Positions 1 through 12,365 of a stretch of 64,000 nucleotides of DNA are shown here, in pieces (positions within the stretch are counted from its first letter, which is position 1; each line of letters starts with the position of its first letter). This DNA comes from Tubiluchus corallicola. Taxonomy: Eukaryota; Animalia; Priapulida. The stretch is from assembly GCA_030141605.1 (NCBI GenBank), contig JAQGDQ010000871.1, positions 22,412 through 86,411 on the forward strand, read 5' to 3'. The notes beneath the pieces were generated by a model that searched no databases, was not told the DNA's origin, and worked only from the letters and a program-made list of their open reading frames with translations. Position numbers and translations under genes: made by a program.

Positions 1-1343
1 CTGAAAATGCTAAATTCGTGTCGCTTTTCAACTAGCCAGTGACGGTAGAGACGACAAAGACGGTGGCGCAGGAACGTCGCCTTTTTTGAATCAGAAGCAG
101 CAATTTAACTTGAAACTTTTCCTTGTGTAGCTACATTGTCAAAAAAACATCTTTATCAGTCATTGTACTTCTTTCTACTGCTCAAAACTTTGGTACAAGT
201 ATCATATGTATCAGTAGTCTTAAAAATTTGAAACTCTCGAATAACAAAGGTATACGTATATTATTTAGCCAATCATATGATTGCTCTGCTAGAAGTATGT
301 GTGTAAATGTTGACATACCATATTTTGACATTTTATTACATAAACTACTTATTCTCTTATGAGTAGAGTTTTAATTTCTAGCAATGTATATGTGAGTGGT
401 GTTGTAAATAGTGACTGTCTGTTTTGTTCAAAGCTATATAGCAAATGGTTAAATTTACTATTTGTAAATTCTATGTAAATAGTAATTGTGTTATTGAAAT
501 TTTTTGTAATTATTGTATTGTATTACATGTATATTGTATTGTATACTAACTGTTGTTATATGAGCAATGCTTGCAATAAAAACTGTACTTACTTACTTAA
601 AGAAAGGAAGGTTCTGTTTAACATATTTTTGTCAAATTCTTTTGCCTCACTTACTTTCATTGGTTTTGAGATACTTTATTGTCAACCACATTTTCCCCAA
701 GTATTTGTATCTCCTTCAAGAAAGTCACACAATTATTAGCAATTATTTGTTTTTTACTTTTATCAAAGATTTGTTTTGGAAAGCCTGCATAAAACAGAGA
801 CACTTGGCGTTTTAAAACCAGGAATCGAACAAACAAAAAACATTTTATAAATGAATATACTTAGAATTTGTCTATTGACGCATTACATCTTCAACACGTT
901 TTAGTTGCATTTTTGACAGAAGCGATAAAACAAGTTTTTCTTCTGACTGAAACGTTTAAGAAATATTTTCTTCGCTAGGAGATCTCAAATCGGATCGTGT
1001 CCCAACAAATGTAAAACGAAGTCGTACTGAACGCTAACAATTATTAACACATAAAATACATTAACGCATCTAGGTGTACGAAACTAATCAACAGGAATAA
1101 TTCACCTTCGTTTTTCAGAAGCAACATGCTTTTGACGTTGAGAAAAAAATATTTCTCTGTTAAACAGCTTTTCAAAGTTTCAAAATATTCCTGTGGGAAT
1201 CTGTCACTTTAAAATAAAATATTTTTTTATTTTTTTTCGAAATTCATCTAAACCCACTGAATAACATTAACTTATATATAATGCTCTATACATCGTTCAA
1301 TATTTTCTGAGTGTAAAAATACTTTTGTTCGTATGTTAAATTT

Positions 1344-2717
1344 TTACTCTGGGATGTGTGGTGTGGACTGGTGTGCTTCACTGCCAACTCCTTCAGGTCG
1401 CACTGTATTCGGCTCATTGGTACCCGACTTTAGTTGAGATCCTGTGGTGCCCTGGCTAGGCGAGACCACATTTCTTCCGAAGAACCTACCAAAAACCTCT
1501 CTAAAACATGTTCGATATTCTGAGCTGACTAAGCAGTATAGATACATGTTAAAAGCGTGATTCATAAAAGCAAGGAAACTGGCAACAGGACGTATGGATA
1601 GATAGACCTGGTTGGTGATACTGCGGTTAGTGATTCGCTGTATAATGCTGAAGATAGTATTTGGCAGTGTTAGAATAACGTACGACGTTGAGACAGTAAC
1701 AAGGAATACGAAGAGACGGCGCAGTTGTTTCGCGTCTTCCACCTGCTTACGCGTGGGTCTTACGAAGGTGTTTTTCCGAAATTCCACCTGCCGCCTGTGA
1801 GCCCTGATGACCAACGGATTCAATGAGATGACAACAGCCGTGGGAATTATCTGTCCGAAGAAAGCTCGAATCCAAGAGTAAAAGTACTTGAATGCCGGAT
1901 GGCTTGAAACAGCCTTGTTTGACGAAGCTTTGTATCTCACACTCGATGTTAATTCATCCACTTGTTTCTTCACCGTTTTAGAAAAGAATTCTGGCAAAAT
2001 AAGCAGGAACGTAAAGCAGAAAACCAGCAGGACAACAACTCTGACGAACGACCTTTTCCGTAAAATGCTGACCTTGTATGGATGACAAACTGCAAAGTAC
2101 CGATCGATAGTTAAGCCCACCGTCATGTAGTTGCTGGCGAATTTAGACCAATTGTACAAAGAATTGTAGCACTTCGCGAGGTACCTAGCAGCATGTATGG
2201 AACCAGTGTTATAGTGATATATTACCAAGCCATAAGTTAAATAGATATGAACAGCGACAAAATCCGCAATAGACATCCACCGTAGATAAGTGTAAGACAC
2301 CTCATGCAAGCGTTTGCTTTTCCAGAAAACAACAATATTTATCAGATTTCCAACAAAACCGAATACATAGACCGCAGGGGTGACATGAGCCCAGACGTGA
2401 AATCTGACAATGTCTGACATAAGTACATTTTCTTTTGACGTAGATTCATTACCATTGCATTCGTCCGTAATACATTGATGCTCGTTCTTTTCAGAACTGT
2501 ATGTCAAAGTAGCATTGAGAGCGAGATTAAACTGCTCTCCGCTGTAATATATTTGGTCCGTTTGTTCTATTAAATCTTCTACATTGTTACCATTCTGATT
2601 GCTGTATTTACTCTCGTTGGCACGTGTGTGAGACTTTTTCTCGGGGTACTGTCTCTGCAGTTCAACACTAGATATTAGCAAGTTTATCACGAAGAAAACC
2701 GACGCTCTGACATTCAT
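1344..2717 (-). CDS. Class A (rhodopsin-like) GPCR, peptide/FMRFamide-receptor-like, single coding exon
   Basis: Uninterrupted ORF, first ATG at 2717 (MNVRASV...). Hydrophobic N-terminus and seven hydrophobic segments: TM1 GFVGN, TM2 MSIAD, TM3 TIDRYFAVCHP, TM6 LTLP, TM7 NHAFNMYLY followed by helix-8-like SSEYRTCF. Confidence 0.92.
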   Translation of the reverse strand: MNVRASVFFVINLLISSVELQRQYPEKKSHTRANESKYSNQNGNNVEDLIEQTDQIYYSGEQFNLALNATLTYSSEKNEHQCITDECNGNESTSKENVLMSDIVRFHVWAHVTPAVYVFGFVGNLINIVVFWKSKRLHEVSYTYLRWMSIADFVAVHIYLTYGLVIYHYNTGSIHAARYLAKCYNSLYNWSKFASNYMTVGLTIDRYFAVCHPYKVSILRKRSFVRVVVLLVFCFTFLLILPEFFSKTVKKQVDELTSSVRYKASSNKAVSSHPAFKYFYSWIRAFFGQIIPTAVVISLNPLVIRAHRRQVEFRKNTFVRPTRKQVEDAKQLRRLFVFLVTVSTSYVILTLPNTIFSIIQRITNRSITNQVYLSIRPVASFLAFMNHAFNMYLYCLVSSEYRTCFREVFGRFFGRNVVSPSQGTTGSQLKSGTNEPNTVRPEGVGSEAHQSTPHIPE

Positions 2718-3323
2718 TCTGCTTGAAATTTGCAAAATTCATACCGTGTTACCGTGTGCAAACTTCTGCGTTTGATTAGTAAGTCGGTTGCTAAAACAAA
2801 TTCAGGCTTCACACAGTGCGCACATTGTCACACGCATCAAGGCCAGTCATTATCTGCTGGACATAGCAAGATATTGTTTTGTAATTATTTTATCGCCTCA
2901 TTTTGAAGTTGGCTCTATTTTAAGCTGTTAGTGTTTCTCGCAAAGATAGAGTTAAAAAAGTAATTAAGTAATCAGACGCCTTTGGTTTCAAGAACGTAAT
3001 TATGTACATCCAGGAAATGTAAACTCTCCTACGTAATTTATGTTGAATTTCTCTTTTCATCATTTGCATTCAGACAATATTTATTATTAGATGGTCCATT
3101 TGCATTTAAATAAATATATGCGCGTGTGCGCGAGTGTATGCGCGCGTGCGTGCGAAGGCGCGACTAATCGTTCTCCGATTCCACTGAAAATATTTTGAAA
3201 TTTGATAAGAGAAGATCCTTTTCTATGGGAAAACATCTCTTCGTGTACCTCATTTAACGACGTGCAACGAGTTAAACGGCCAACAGCAACCATGAAAAGA
3301 ATAGCTGAAAACTGCCTTCACAA

Positions 3324-3498
3324 TCAATCTTGTGCTTGTGAATACCATTGTCTTGTGACAGGTGGCAGCAGTAACCCCAAAAAGGCTGAAGCGACCATGC
3401 TGAAGCCCATTGTAGTATACGGCATTGTGGTATTTTCTTTCACGTCGTATGTAATACCTAAACATAAACTTAGAATTAATACTTTAGCTAAAGTGTTC

Positions 3499-3591
<93 letters not shown>

Positions 3592-6500
3592 CTTTCTCCA
3601 CCAGTCGCCACCCCATCATGCGTTTTCTCTCATTTCTTAGCTTATCCACACTCTTTGCTGTTACAAACCTAGCGCTTGTGTTTTTCTCGTGATCATTTCA
3701 CAGACAGAAAGGATTTGATCACTTTAATAGACACGTGTAAACAGATATTTTCTGCCCTGAGTTAAATAGACTTTTCTGAATAGAAGTGCTTTGCAAGCAT
3801 ATATCAGCCACTCGTTGCATCATGCATCAGCATATATCAAGACCGGGTGGTGTAGCTCAATGATAGCGTGCTCGCTTCCCATCCGAAAGGTCGCGTGTTC
3901 AACTCCCGACCGAGTATACCAAAAAGTCTAGATTTAAAAAATGACACGCTGGTTCTTCGACCAAGCACGCGGATTTATCGAAGCAATATGCGGGTAATAA
4001 TAATCGAGACCACCTTGGAAATAAATATTAAGTTACTAAAGGTGGTATCTGTATTGTTTAGGAAACAATTTGATAATATGCATTTCGTTGTGCTATAATT
4101 AAGGTTTTTTTAGACTTAGGCTGAGCAGAAAGTGGTAGTATCTTAGGGAGGTGCTGCCATCTTTTGGTTGTTTGCCTGTAAAATAATTTACCTATTTCTT
4201 AAGCTGTTTACTGTACTATCTATTTACATACCATTTACTGGGTTTCAACTAAAGTTAACGAGGTGTAACAGGAGTCCTGGCTATTGTATGTTGGGCAATA
4301 GTAGTTCAGGTTTCAAATTTCATAATGTAGTTTGTTAAGGTATGTCTGCTTCAAATTATATTTTGTGGTTTTTTGATTTACCGAAGTTAGTGCTTTAAAA
4401 TTAATTTTTGTTGTAGTGTGTTAAACCTAAGTGAATTATTAAGTTCTAAATGTTGCTTTTTACTTTTATTATTTCAGACTGCAATTTATGTTGAAACCCA
4501 CCCACCCCGCTCAACACCGCCTTCACTTCTTGATAAAGGAAATCAACCTGTACCAAAGTGTTCATCATTTTTTATTGAGGTTATGGGTTACAACATGCAG
4601 ACAGACAAACTGGACAAAACAGTATCCCTGAACTATGTCCTAAACGAAATTATTATTGTTAAAAATGCTTTCACGCCCCACGTTGCGTTCATTACACAAA
4701 TAACTGGAATGGATAGCCTTCAAAGCACTTGACTATTAAACTGTTCTATACTTCAGGTACAGGTACAATTGTTTACAAGACAATGATTTTCCTGTTCACC
4801 TAAAGCTATTGCTGGGTAATCATTAAATATTAGAAAAGACAATTTCCTTGGGCCATTAGATTTCAATGGGAAAATTTTGTTCATATTTAGTTCTAAAAAT
4901 AAGTCAAATAATACTTTACTGTCAGAAATACTATCAGATCATCATCATCATCATCGTCATCGTCGTCGTCGTTATCATCATCATCATCATCCTCGTAGTC
5001 ATTATAATCTCTTGTGTTATATGAGTATATACACTAATGGTCTGTTGATTCCTGCGCAAAATGTGGTAATTATGTATGCTCTTTGTTTTCGTCTGGGACT
5101 ACGCATTCATGTATAAACAAATATCTCGAATTTAAAAATGTTTGCACTAAAAACTTTGAAAACCTGCTTACTTTCCACGCGCTTTTTCACTTAGTTAATA
5201 ACTACTGTGATATACATAATATGTCTTCAAAGTGACTGCCTTTCCAAGAACTGCAGGTTGTAGAGAAGCTAAATTCAGTACATGGCTGTATTTAACTTCA
5301 AACTTACAACCATTTTCATATTCATTTCTGTAATTCGTTGAGTAGCAGCTGTAAACCAAAGCGCGTATAAAGATCTGCCATTTCCAACAATTAGAAGTAA
5401 TTTTTACGCAATAAACAGCAGCTTACTGAGATAAAAACGTTCTGAACAACATACCCAATATCAATGGTCCAAAGAAGAGGAAAGGAGTTTCAAACAAAAC
5501 GTAAGCCGAGTAAAAGTCTGTAAAGCGCTCTGCTCCAGCCAAGTCTCTAAGCATAACAGTGGTGGGGGAAGAAACTAAACCAGACATTGCGCCAGATACA
5601 ATCGTTACAATGTACAGTTGTGCGTAGTTGTGGGCAACGAAGAACAACAGCACCACTAAACCAGTTAAGAAAGCAAGGAGGCAGTAACCGTACTGACGCA
5701 CGTACACATTGCGGAACCATCTATAGTCCCAAACCGGACTTACCAGGAGCAAAGTTGCCGAGTATATTGCAGAATTTAACGACACCATTGTGGCTTCATT
5801 TACGTCACTTCCTGCCACCTCTATAGACTTGAAGGGCAAATATACTGGGACGTTTATCAACGCAAAGTCCAGTAAGCTGACCACTAGAAGGAAGATCCAT
5901 AAACGGACATCCTTTAACACACTCCAGTCAAACTTAGCGCTCTTGTTGCTCTTCTTAGCTTCCTTCTCGATACTTACGCTTGCATCATTATCTTCGACAT
6001 TAGCATATGTGGACATATCTACCAAATTAACTCTGCTACTAGGTGAAACATAGTGGGTGTAGTTTGCGCTTTCTTCAGTCAGTAATTCATCCTCTTGCAA
6101 GTGCGATTCGAGAATTGAGTGATCAGCAGATATTGAGCGTGTTGACGGAAGTTCAAATTTCACTTGGCTTTTTATACCCGTACTGTTGTTGTTTGCATCA
6201 ATGTCTTCGTCATTATCATACACGGACATATCTACCAAATTAACTCTGCTACTAGGAGAAACAGAGTGAGCGTAGTTCGCACTTTCTTCAGCCAGTAGTT
6301 CAGCTTGTTGCAAGTGCGATTCGAGGCTTGAATGATCAGTAGATGTTGACTGAATTTCAAGTTTCACTTGGTTATTTGTATCCGCGTAGCTTGTACTTGT
6401 TTTATCTTCCTCTAGAGCGTTGTTCTCAAATAACTCCTCAGAACTTTTAAGAGGTCTGTACAACATTCCACAAGGCACGGCATTCAGTATTACAGCACTG

Positions 6501-9500
6501 CTGATAAGCATTGCACCACTGTACCCGTATTCTTTGACTAGATAATTGAGGAGATAGCTGAACGGTATTGTTCCTAGGCCAACTCCACTCCAGACTATTC
6601 CCGTAGCGAATGCCAAGCGCTTGTCAAAGTATTCGTTAACCATTGCAAACCCGGCCATTGTTACAAAAGAGCTCGAACAACCTGCAAATAAACATAACAT
6701 AATAACAGTAATGGTGATGATGTGACGACGACGATGACAATAATGATGATGAGCGTGATGATACAGTTTACAGCTTATAGTTACAGTTTACATTACTTAA
6801 CGTCGGTTTGTAATACAAAGAACATTAGCCGGTAAAGACTATTTTCCGACACAAAACCCTAGTATTCGATGATGATGGTTATGAAAGGTAAAATGGCTTA
6901 GATAGAAATGAATTTTTTCCCCCGCTCCTAAAATTTCTAGTGGTCATTGCAACAAACATTATGTAAATCGACCTGTATCGTCAGTGGCTCAACATTCGTT
7001 TGCCAATAGAAATGCTAAATACTGGAATTCCCTTCCTGAACATGTAAATGGGTCTCCACTGATAAATGCCGCCTCAAGTAAATTATTTAGTCAAAGATTA
7101 ATGAAAATTGACTTTTTGATACATCTGTATTTCTGCAGACATTTACAAGTAGTAAATTACCTTTTTGTGTCTCTCCCGTATCCATTTTAACCTGTCTTGT
7201 TTATCATTGTACATATTTTATTGTATTTACGCATTTGAATTTTGTTGTATGTATGGACACTTTAGTAAAAAAAATAAATAAATAAATAGCGCCGATATAG
7301 CATATGTAAGAAGTCAAGAACAATGGCCTACAATATATTCTTTATAGAAATCGTAGCCAGAAATTATTGGGCACTTCAGTCAGTGACATCAGCAACAGGA
7401 GAAATTTTGTAGACTCCAGAAAACCAAAAACTACTGCAGCTTGTTTATATAATGTCATAGTCAGACTAAATGGCTTCTTCATGCCAAAGTGCGGCAAGTA
7501 TTGGTATTCATACTTGGCGTTCATAAATAGAAAATCAGTTGCAATTTAATGAATTTGTTGCAGTATTTTTTTAATATGATTATTAAAAGTACCCCGTTTA
7601 AGACTCATCATGTAACAAAAATGCTGCAATATGTGACAAATCCTAATATTGTCATTAAGTAACAAATTTTTGCGTCATTGTATAACAGTTATAATGTAAC
7701 ACGGTTGATGGATAGTAACATGGTTGGGCCTTGTCAGTGTCGTGGTTTAGGTATTGGACTGGATCACATTTTGTGTGTTCTAAATGATCTTGACACTATA
7801 TAAAGATGCACAACAAAAGCACAAGGTGAATTGTTGTTGTTGTATAATTTGTTTGACCGGTCATTTGATGACATGTTCTCTTCTCAAGGACGGCAGGTTC
7901 ATTTTTGGCGGGGGAGAGAAGAATTGCCATTTTTTGCGTCGGTTGTTAGGCAAGCTTCGTAATTTGCATAGAGTTTTAATTGGAACACACGGAGGATATT
8001 TGTTTGAAGGAAATTACCAACCACTTTGAGAAAAACCTTGAGTCCATTTTCCAGTTGCTCGCGTTGAAACCTGTAGGTATTGGTTCCATTTTGTTTTTTA
8101 TTGTTATTTTAGATTTAAATCAATACATAAAGTACTATATAAGTACTATATATAAAAGCAAACAAGTAATGCGGATTATAAAACTATATACAAGTGTATA
8201 TATGTATACTTTGTATCAGCGTCCAAACAAAAAAGATTGGGTTTGTGTGAGACCAGCCAGACAAGATCTCCGACAGATTAGACCTCAGACAGGCCAGAAC
8301 ATCTGACAGGACCAGAGTCTTCAGACAGGTAAGACCTTAGGCAAATCAGTCACAGACAAGACCGGACCGAGCTGAAGCCTAACCCTCATATAGAACTGGA
8401 AAAAACTGACCGTGACATGGCGTAGCCATAGAACATGACCAACCATACCTAGACTTGTTAAATGTAAAATATTTTACATAATGACTAATTTCATATATTG
8501 CATAATGGTACCGTGTTAAATAATGACCCTTTTGTTACATAATTGGCTTAACATTGATACAGGCTCCACAGCAGCCCCATGTTTAGTGGACAAAGTTACA
8601 AAATTTGTTTTAAGTTGATTTCAAACTTTGCACAAATTCGTGGTTGGGCTGCTTACCAAAAACGATTCCATAGAAAACGTACAGCAACCATAGTGAACTG
8701 CGGGAAAGGAAACAAAATGCAACACCCAATGAAGACACGACGGCAGCCGTTACGGTTATGCGCTTTCCGGTGAATTTTTTCAGCAGAGCTGAAGCCATGG
8801 GACCTGAAAAGTACAAAACATTTACTACTGTACTTACAATGATTGATTGAAAGTTAAATATAGCGGTATTACCAGGCCACATTTTTTGCTAAAGTTGTTG
8901 CCAATGGGTTGGCCTCGTCTAATGATATAATTAACAATTCTTAAATTAAAAATGTAGCCAGCACCCACTTAAGAAAAGACATGGCTTTAGTTCCGGTACA
9001 AACATCTGCAACGTTTCGACATGGTTATCTGTCATGCTCACACAATATACTAAATAAAAACACCGTATAAAATATATACAAAAATCAATACTCACACAAG
9101 CAAACCAGTTCCTGATGTAGATCTACAACCCAAATTTATTCAATTCAGAACAGTAAACAGACCGTGAGTACAGAAGATGCCAGATTTTGCTACTTAATGT
9201 AGAAAGGGAAAAAGTAATGTTTGCTGGTGATAGTGTTGATTTTTGTATGTATTTTTACACTGTATTTATATTCAGGTGGTTGTTGCTTAAACTTGACATG
9301 TAATCATGTCTAAACGTTGCTGATGCTATACCTGAATGAAAGCCATATCCATACTTAAGTGGGTGCTGACTGTCATTTTTATTTTAAGAATTTGTTTTCC
9401 CATCACAAATCAGTTAATCATTCTTCTTTAAAAGTGCCATTCCATCTGTTGAAGACATTGAGGCACTAACATTTATTAGAGTATTCCACCCACGTCTATC

Positions 9501-10118
9501 ATCAACTAACAGCACAAGTTCTTCTACTCCTAAAGCAAGATTTGGTTGAAGTTGTTGATCATCTTTACTTATCTTAGCTATCCAAGTTGTTTTTGGTTTG
9601 CCAGGTGGTTTTTGCAAGGTTTTTAAGGCGATTCTTACTGGTGTTTCACTTGGTAATCTAAGGTGTCCTGGTCATCTTAATCTTCGGGGCTTGACTTTTG
9701 AACTCCAAGGAATTTCTTTCATTCTAGTGTATAAATTTTCATTTTTGATTATGTATGGCCATCTTATCTCTTTAAAATTTTCCTTAGAAGACTTCTGTGA
9801 AACGTGCCAATCTGCTTTTCTTGAGAAATGGTTAAACCCAATAGTTAAACAGTGTTTCAGTTTTAAATAGTCATTAAAAATACCCAATGCTGCCATCATT
9901 GCCGAGCAAAGCCCAGCAGCGCCCCCTATCAGAGCAACATCATAACCACTTCTGTCCAGCATGTCAACCATTAAGATACCATAGCAGGCGAGAAAGCCCC
10001 AATGGAGGGCGAGATTTGTTCCAGCTGCTATGGCTACCACCCAACCCCAACCGCGATCTAATGCGGCTTGCCTATTGTCTTTATCTGTTTCTCCACTGGT
10101 TGATGAGAGTGTATCCAT
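3324..10118 (-). CDS. Monocarboxylate transporter (SLC16/MCT, MFS); exons 10118-9884, 8803-8657, 6681-5455, 3457-3324
   Basis: MCT signature DRGWGWVVA in exon 1, GPMASAL in exon 2, YFDKRLAFATG and NAVPCGMLYRP in exon 3, GPLILG|ITYD across the last junction. All three introns are GT-AG, phase 1, and preserve the frame. Confidence 0.9.
3500..3587. repeat. (CT)n microsatellite in MCT intron 3
   Basis: Perfect CT dinucleotide run. Confidence 0.98.
3843..3990 (+). mobile_element. tRNA-derived SINE head
   Basis: A-box-like TAGCTCAATGAT and B-box-like GTGTTCAACTCC at tRNA spacing, followed by a non-tRNA body; the cloverleaf is imperfect. Confidence 0.6.
4937..4995. repeat. (CAT/CGT)n microsatellite
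   Basis: Directly visible trinucleotide run. Confidence 0.9.
6950..7130 (+). mobile_element. CR1/L2-type LINE 3' remnant
   Basis: Translates as SFANRNAKYWNSLPEHV...SSKLFSQRL, the F.NR...WN.LP motif at the end of CR1/L2 ORF2. Confidence 0.6.
8933..9396. mobile_element. ~160-bp inverted-repeat pair (Penelope pLTR-like or MITE)
   Basis: 8933-9092 matches the reverse complement of 9231-9396 (shared cagcacccacttaag, atggcttt, gcaacgttt.gacatg, tacaaaaatcaa). Confidence 0.6.
9420..9850 (-). mobile_element. RTE-clade LINE ORF2 C-terminal fragment (decayed)
   Basis: Reads RWPYIIKNENLY...RRLR*PGH...PPGKPKTTWIAKISKD...DRRGW, the typical RTE C-terminal motif series, with an internal stop. Confidence 0.7.
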
Positions 10119-10721
10119 GATGCAATGTTGAAGCTTTTTATGGCCGTTTCTCACGTTTTTAATTGCACGTACTTGGCGTTATGCTGAAAAATTCGCTGTC
10201 AGTGTCTCAGAACCTGTAAAATTTCACACCTCTTTTGTACATAAACACGAGTAATTTGTATCATTCACATAGCTATCACATAATGTACCAATGCGGGACC
10301 AGTAAACTAGGTTTATGCGAGTATAGCCGCCGTCTAACCTCTAACAAACACACGTTATTTACCTTCACAGCCATGAGATAAAATTACTAAATAAGTATTT
10401 ACCTATGATGATTGTCATTGCATTGATATTAAGCATAAATATATTGGATACCTGTGACTGAAGTCGATTATTTCTTCGCGTATCTATTAGTTGAGGTTTT
10501 TTCTACAAACTTTTGCTTTCGTACGATTTTTCTTTCTTTCTGTTAAAAATAATAAACAGAACAAAAAACAGCCAGGGCTACTTACAGGTACTTGTTAAAA
10601 GATAAATGATTATTTATAGTTAAAAACAACAGCTTAGCTGCTGCTGTAATCATCAGTGGTAAATTTACAAACATACTAAAAAATTATATAGGCAGAGCTT
10701 ATAATGCACTAATTAAGTCGT

Positions 10722-10930
10722 TTAAAACAGAAGCCAAATAGGTAATGAATATGTGATTATGTTTGCATCTTTTAAACGTTTTTCAAAAAGTTTGCTACTC
10801 TGAGCACGAACCAAGGGGACACCACCGACAGACTCAAGGAGTTGATTCCAGATTCTAATTATTCTGTTTGAGAAAAAGTTGTTAAAACAATTAAGTCGGC
10901 AGTGAGTGGGCTGTAACTTCAAGCAGTGAT
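10722..10930 (-). mobile_element. CR1-type LINE 3' remnant
   Basis: FFSNRIIRIWNQL...SKLFEKRL motif. Confidence 0.65.
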
Positions 10931-12057
10931 ATCCTTGCTAAATTTGGTAAATTATTTTGCTAAAGATAAAATTCTAATCAAGTATCAAGATTAGACAGGC
11001 TTCCAAGATTGCACCTAACATAAAGCCTGCGAGCGAAGCGCCGCCGAAGATTTTCAATTTAATCAAGATTTTTTAGTAAACAAGAGTTCCAAGTTGGAAT
11101 ACGATACTCCACTAAAGGGCTAACATAAGTTTTGTAGGCAATTTGTAAACTATACTTAATAAAAACGGCGAACATTCGAAGAGGATGAAGATTTTGAAAA
11201 GTCACCCCTAACGTATCACAAACCTTATTATAAGCACCGAGTGCCTGTTGATTATGGTGTCAGTCTTGTGCTCAGCTCTTTCTTTCGGCCATGCTGTGCG
11301 GATTGGTGCTGTGCTGAGAAGCAACTGTCGTAGTTTCATCTTTTACTTTTGTTAGAAGCCTCAGCCCAACTCGCTGCAAGTCTGTATGCTGCTTTTGCTC
11401 TTTTCTTTTTGTCGTTTGGGTATGCTTTGTGAAAAAAAATGCGAAGGCTCTTTTAATTCGTAACGGATACCCGTGAAACTTCGCGCGATTTGGGGAGGAC
11501 ACCAATTTCGAAAAAAAGCGAACGGTTCCGCCAATATGCATCGTCATGGAATGTATAGAAATCAACCAGAACGAATTCCACATCGAGTGATAGAGTGAAT
11601 TTTTGTGCTGCCATCTTGAATTCCAGCGGGCGCCAAAAATGGGGAATAAATCAGTTTTTAAGCATATCTCATGCCGCATGACACCTGACCTTTGTTACTA
11701 GCATGACAAATTTGGTCAACTTAAGTAATATTATTTGTGAAATATTAAAAAACTGCATCTTAGGAAATGCATTATACAGCTTCAAAAATAGCATATCCCG
11801 GATCCTTGTTTGGGGTATGCGAAATCTTCATTGCCGCAAATTTCTATACAAAATCTGTCTCGCCTCGAATTCTATTTTTCATAGGAAATCCAAGAAACTG
11901 CCACTTGAATCTCCATTGCGATGGCTTTGCACAATCGTTTTAAAGAAGACACATTCGTACAATTTTTATGTTAAATATGGCAAAATGGCAAGCAGTGGAA
12001 ATGATATACTAACGAAGCGCACCGCTATCTATATGTGCATTGCAACATATCTAATAG

Positions 12058-12365
12058 CATCCACTGACGAAACGTACTTCTGGCGAACTGAAACATTTTG
12101 TTGAAGGAATAAGGTAATGACATAGCAGAGAAATTTTACTGGCGAGCCTACAACTGACGAAATGTGCACTGGCGAACTGTACCACTGGCGAAATGTACCA
12201 CTGGCAATATGTAGCACGGGCAAAATTTGAATTGGCAAGAGGTGCACTCCATTGACGAAATGTGTACTACCGAAATGTACCACAGACAGAATGTTAACTG
12301 GCGGCAATTGCCACTGGGAAATGTACCGCTGGTAAAGTGTCAATTGGTGAAGTGGGTAGATACCT
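12058..12365. repeat. Degenerate minisatellite built on a CCACTGGCGAAATGTA motif
   Basis: Many diverged copies of actggcgaaatgtacc; resembles the subterminal repeats of DNA transposons. Confidence 0.6.

Noticed and set aside
3843-3915. Functional tRNA gene
   Set aside because: Acceptor and anticodon stems pair poorly and the sequence continues into a SINE-like body.
9672-10154. Single 160-aa protein in the ORF track
   Set aside because: Chimera of MCT exon 1 reading through its donor into an RTE LINE remnant.
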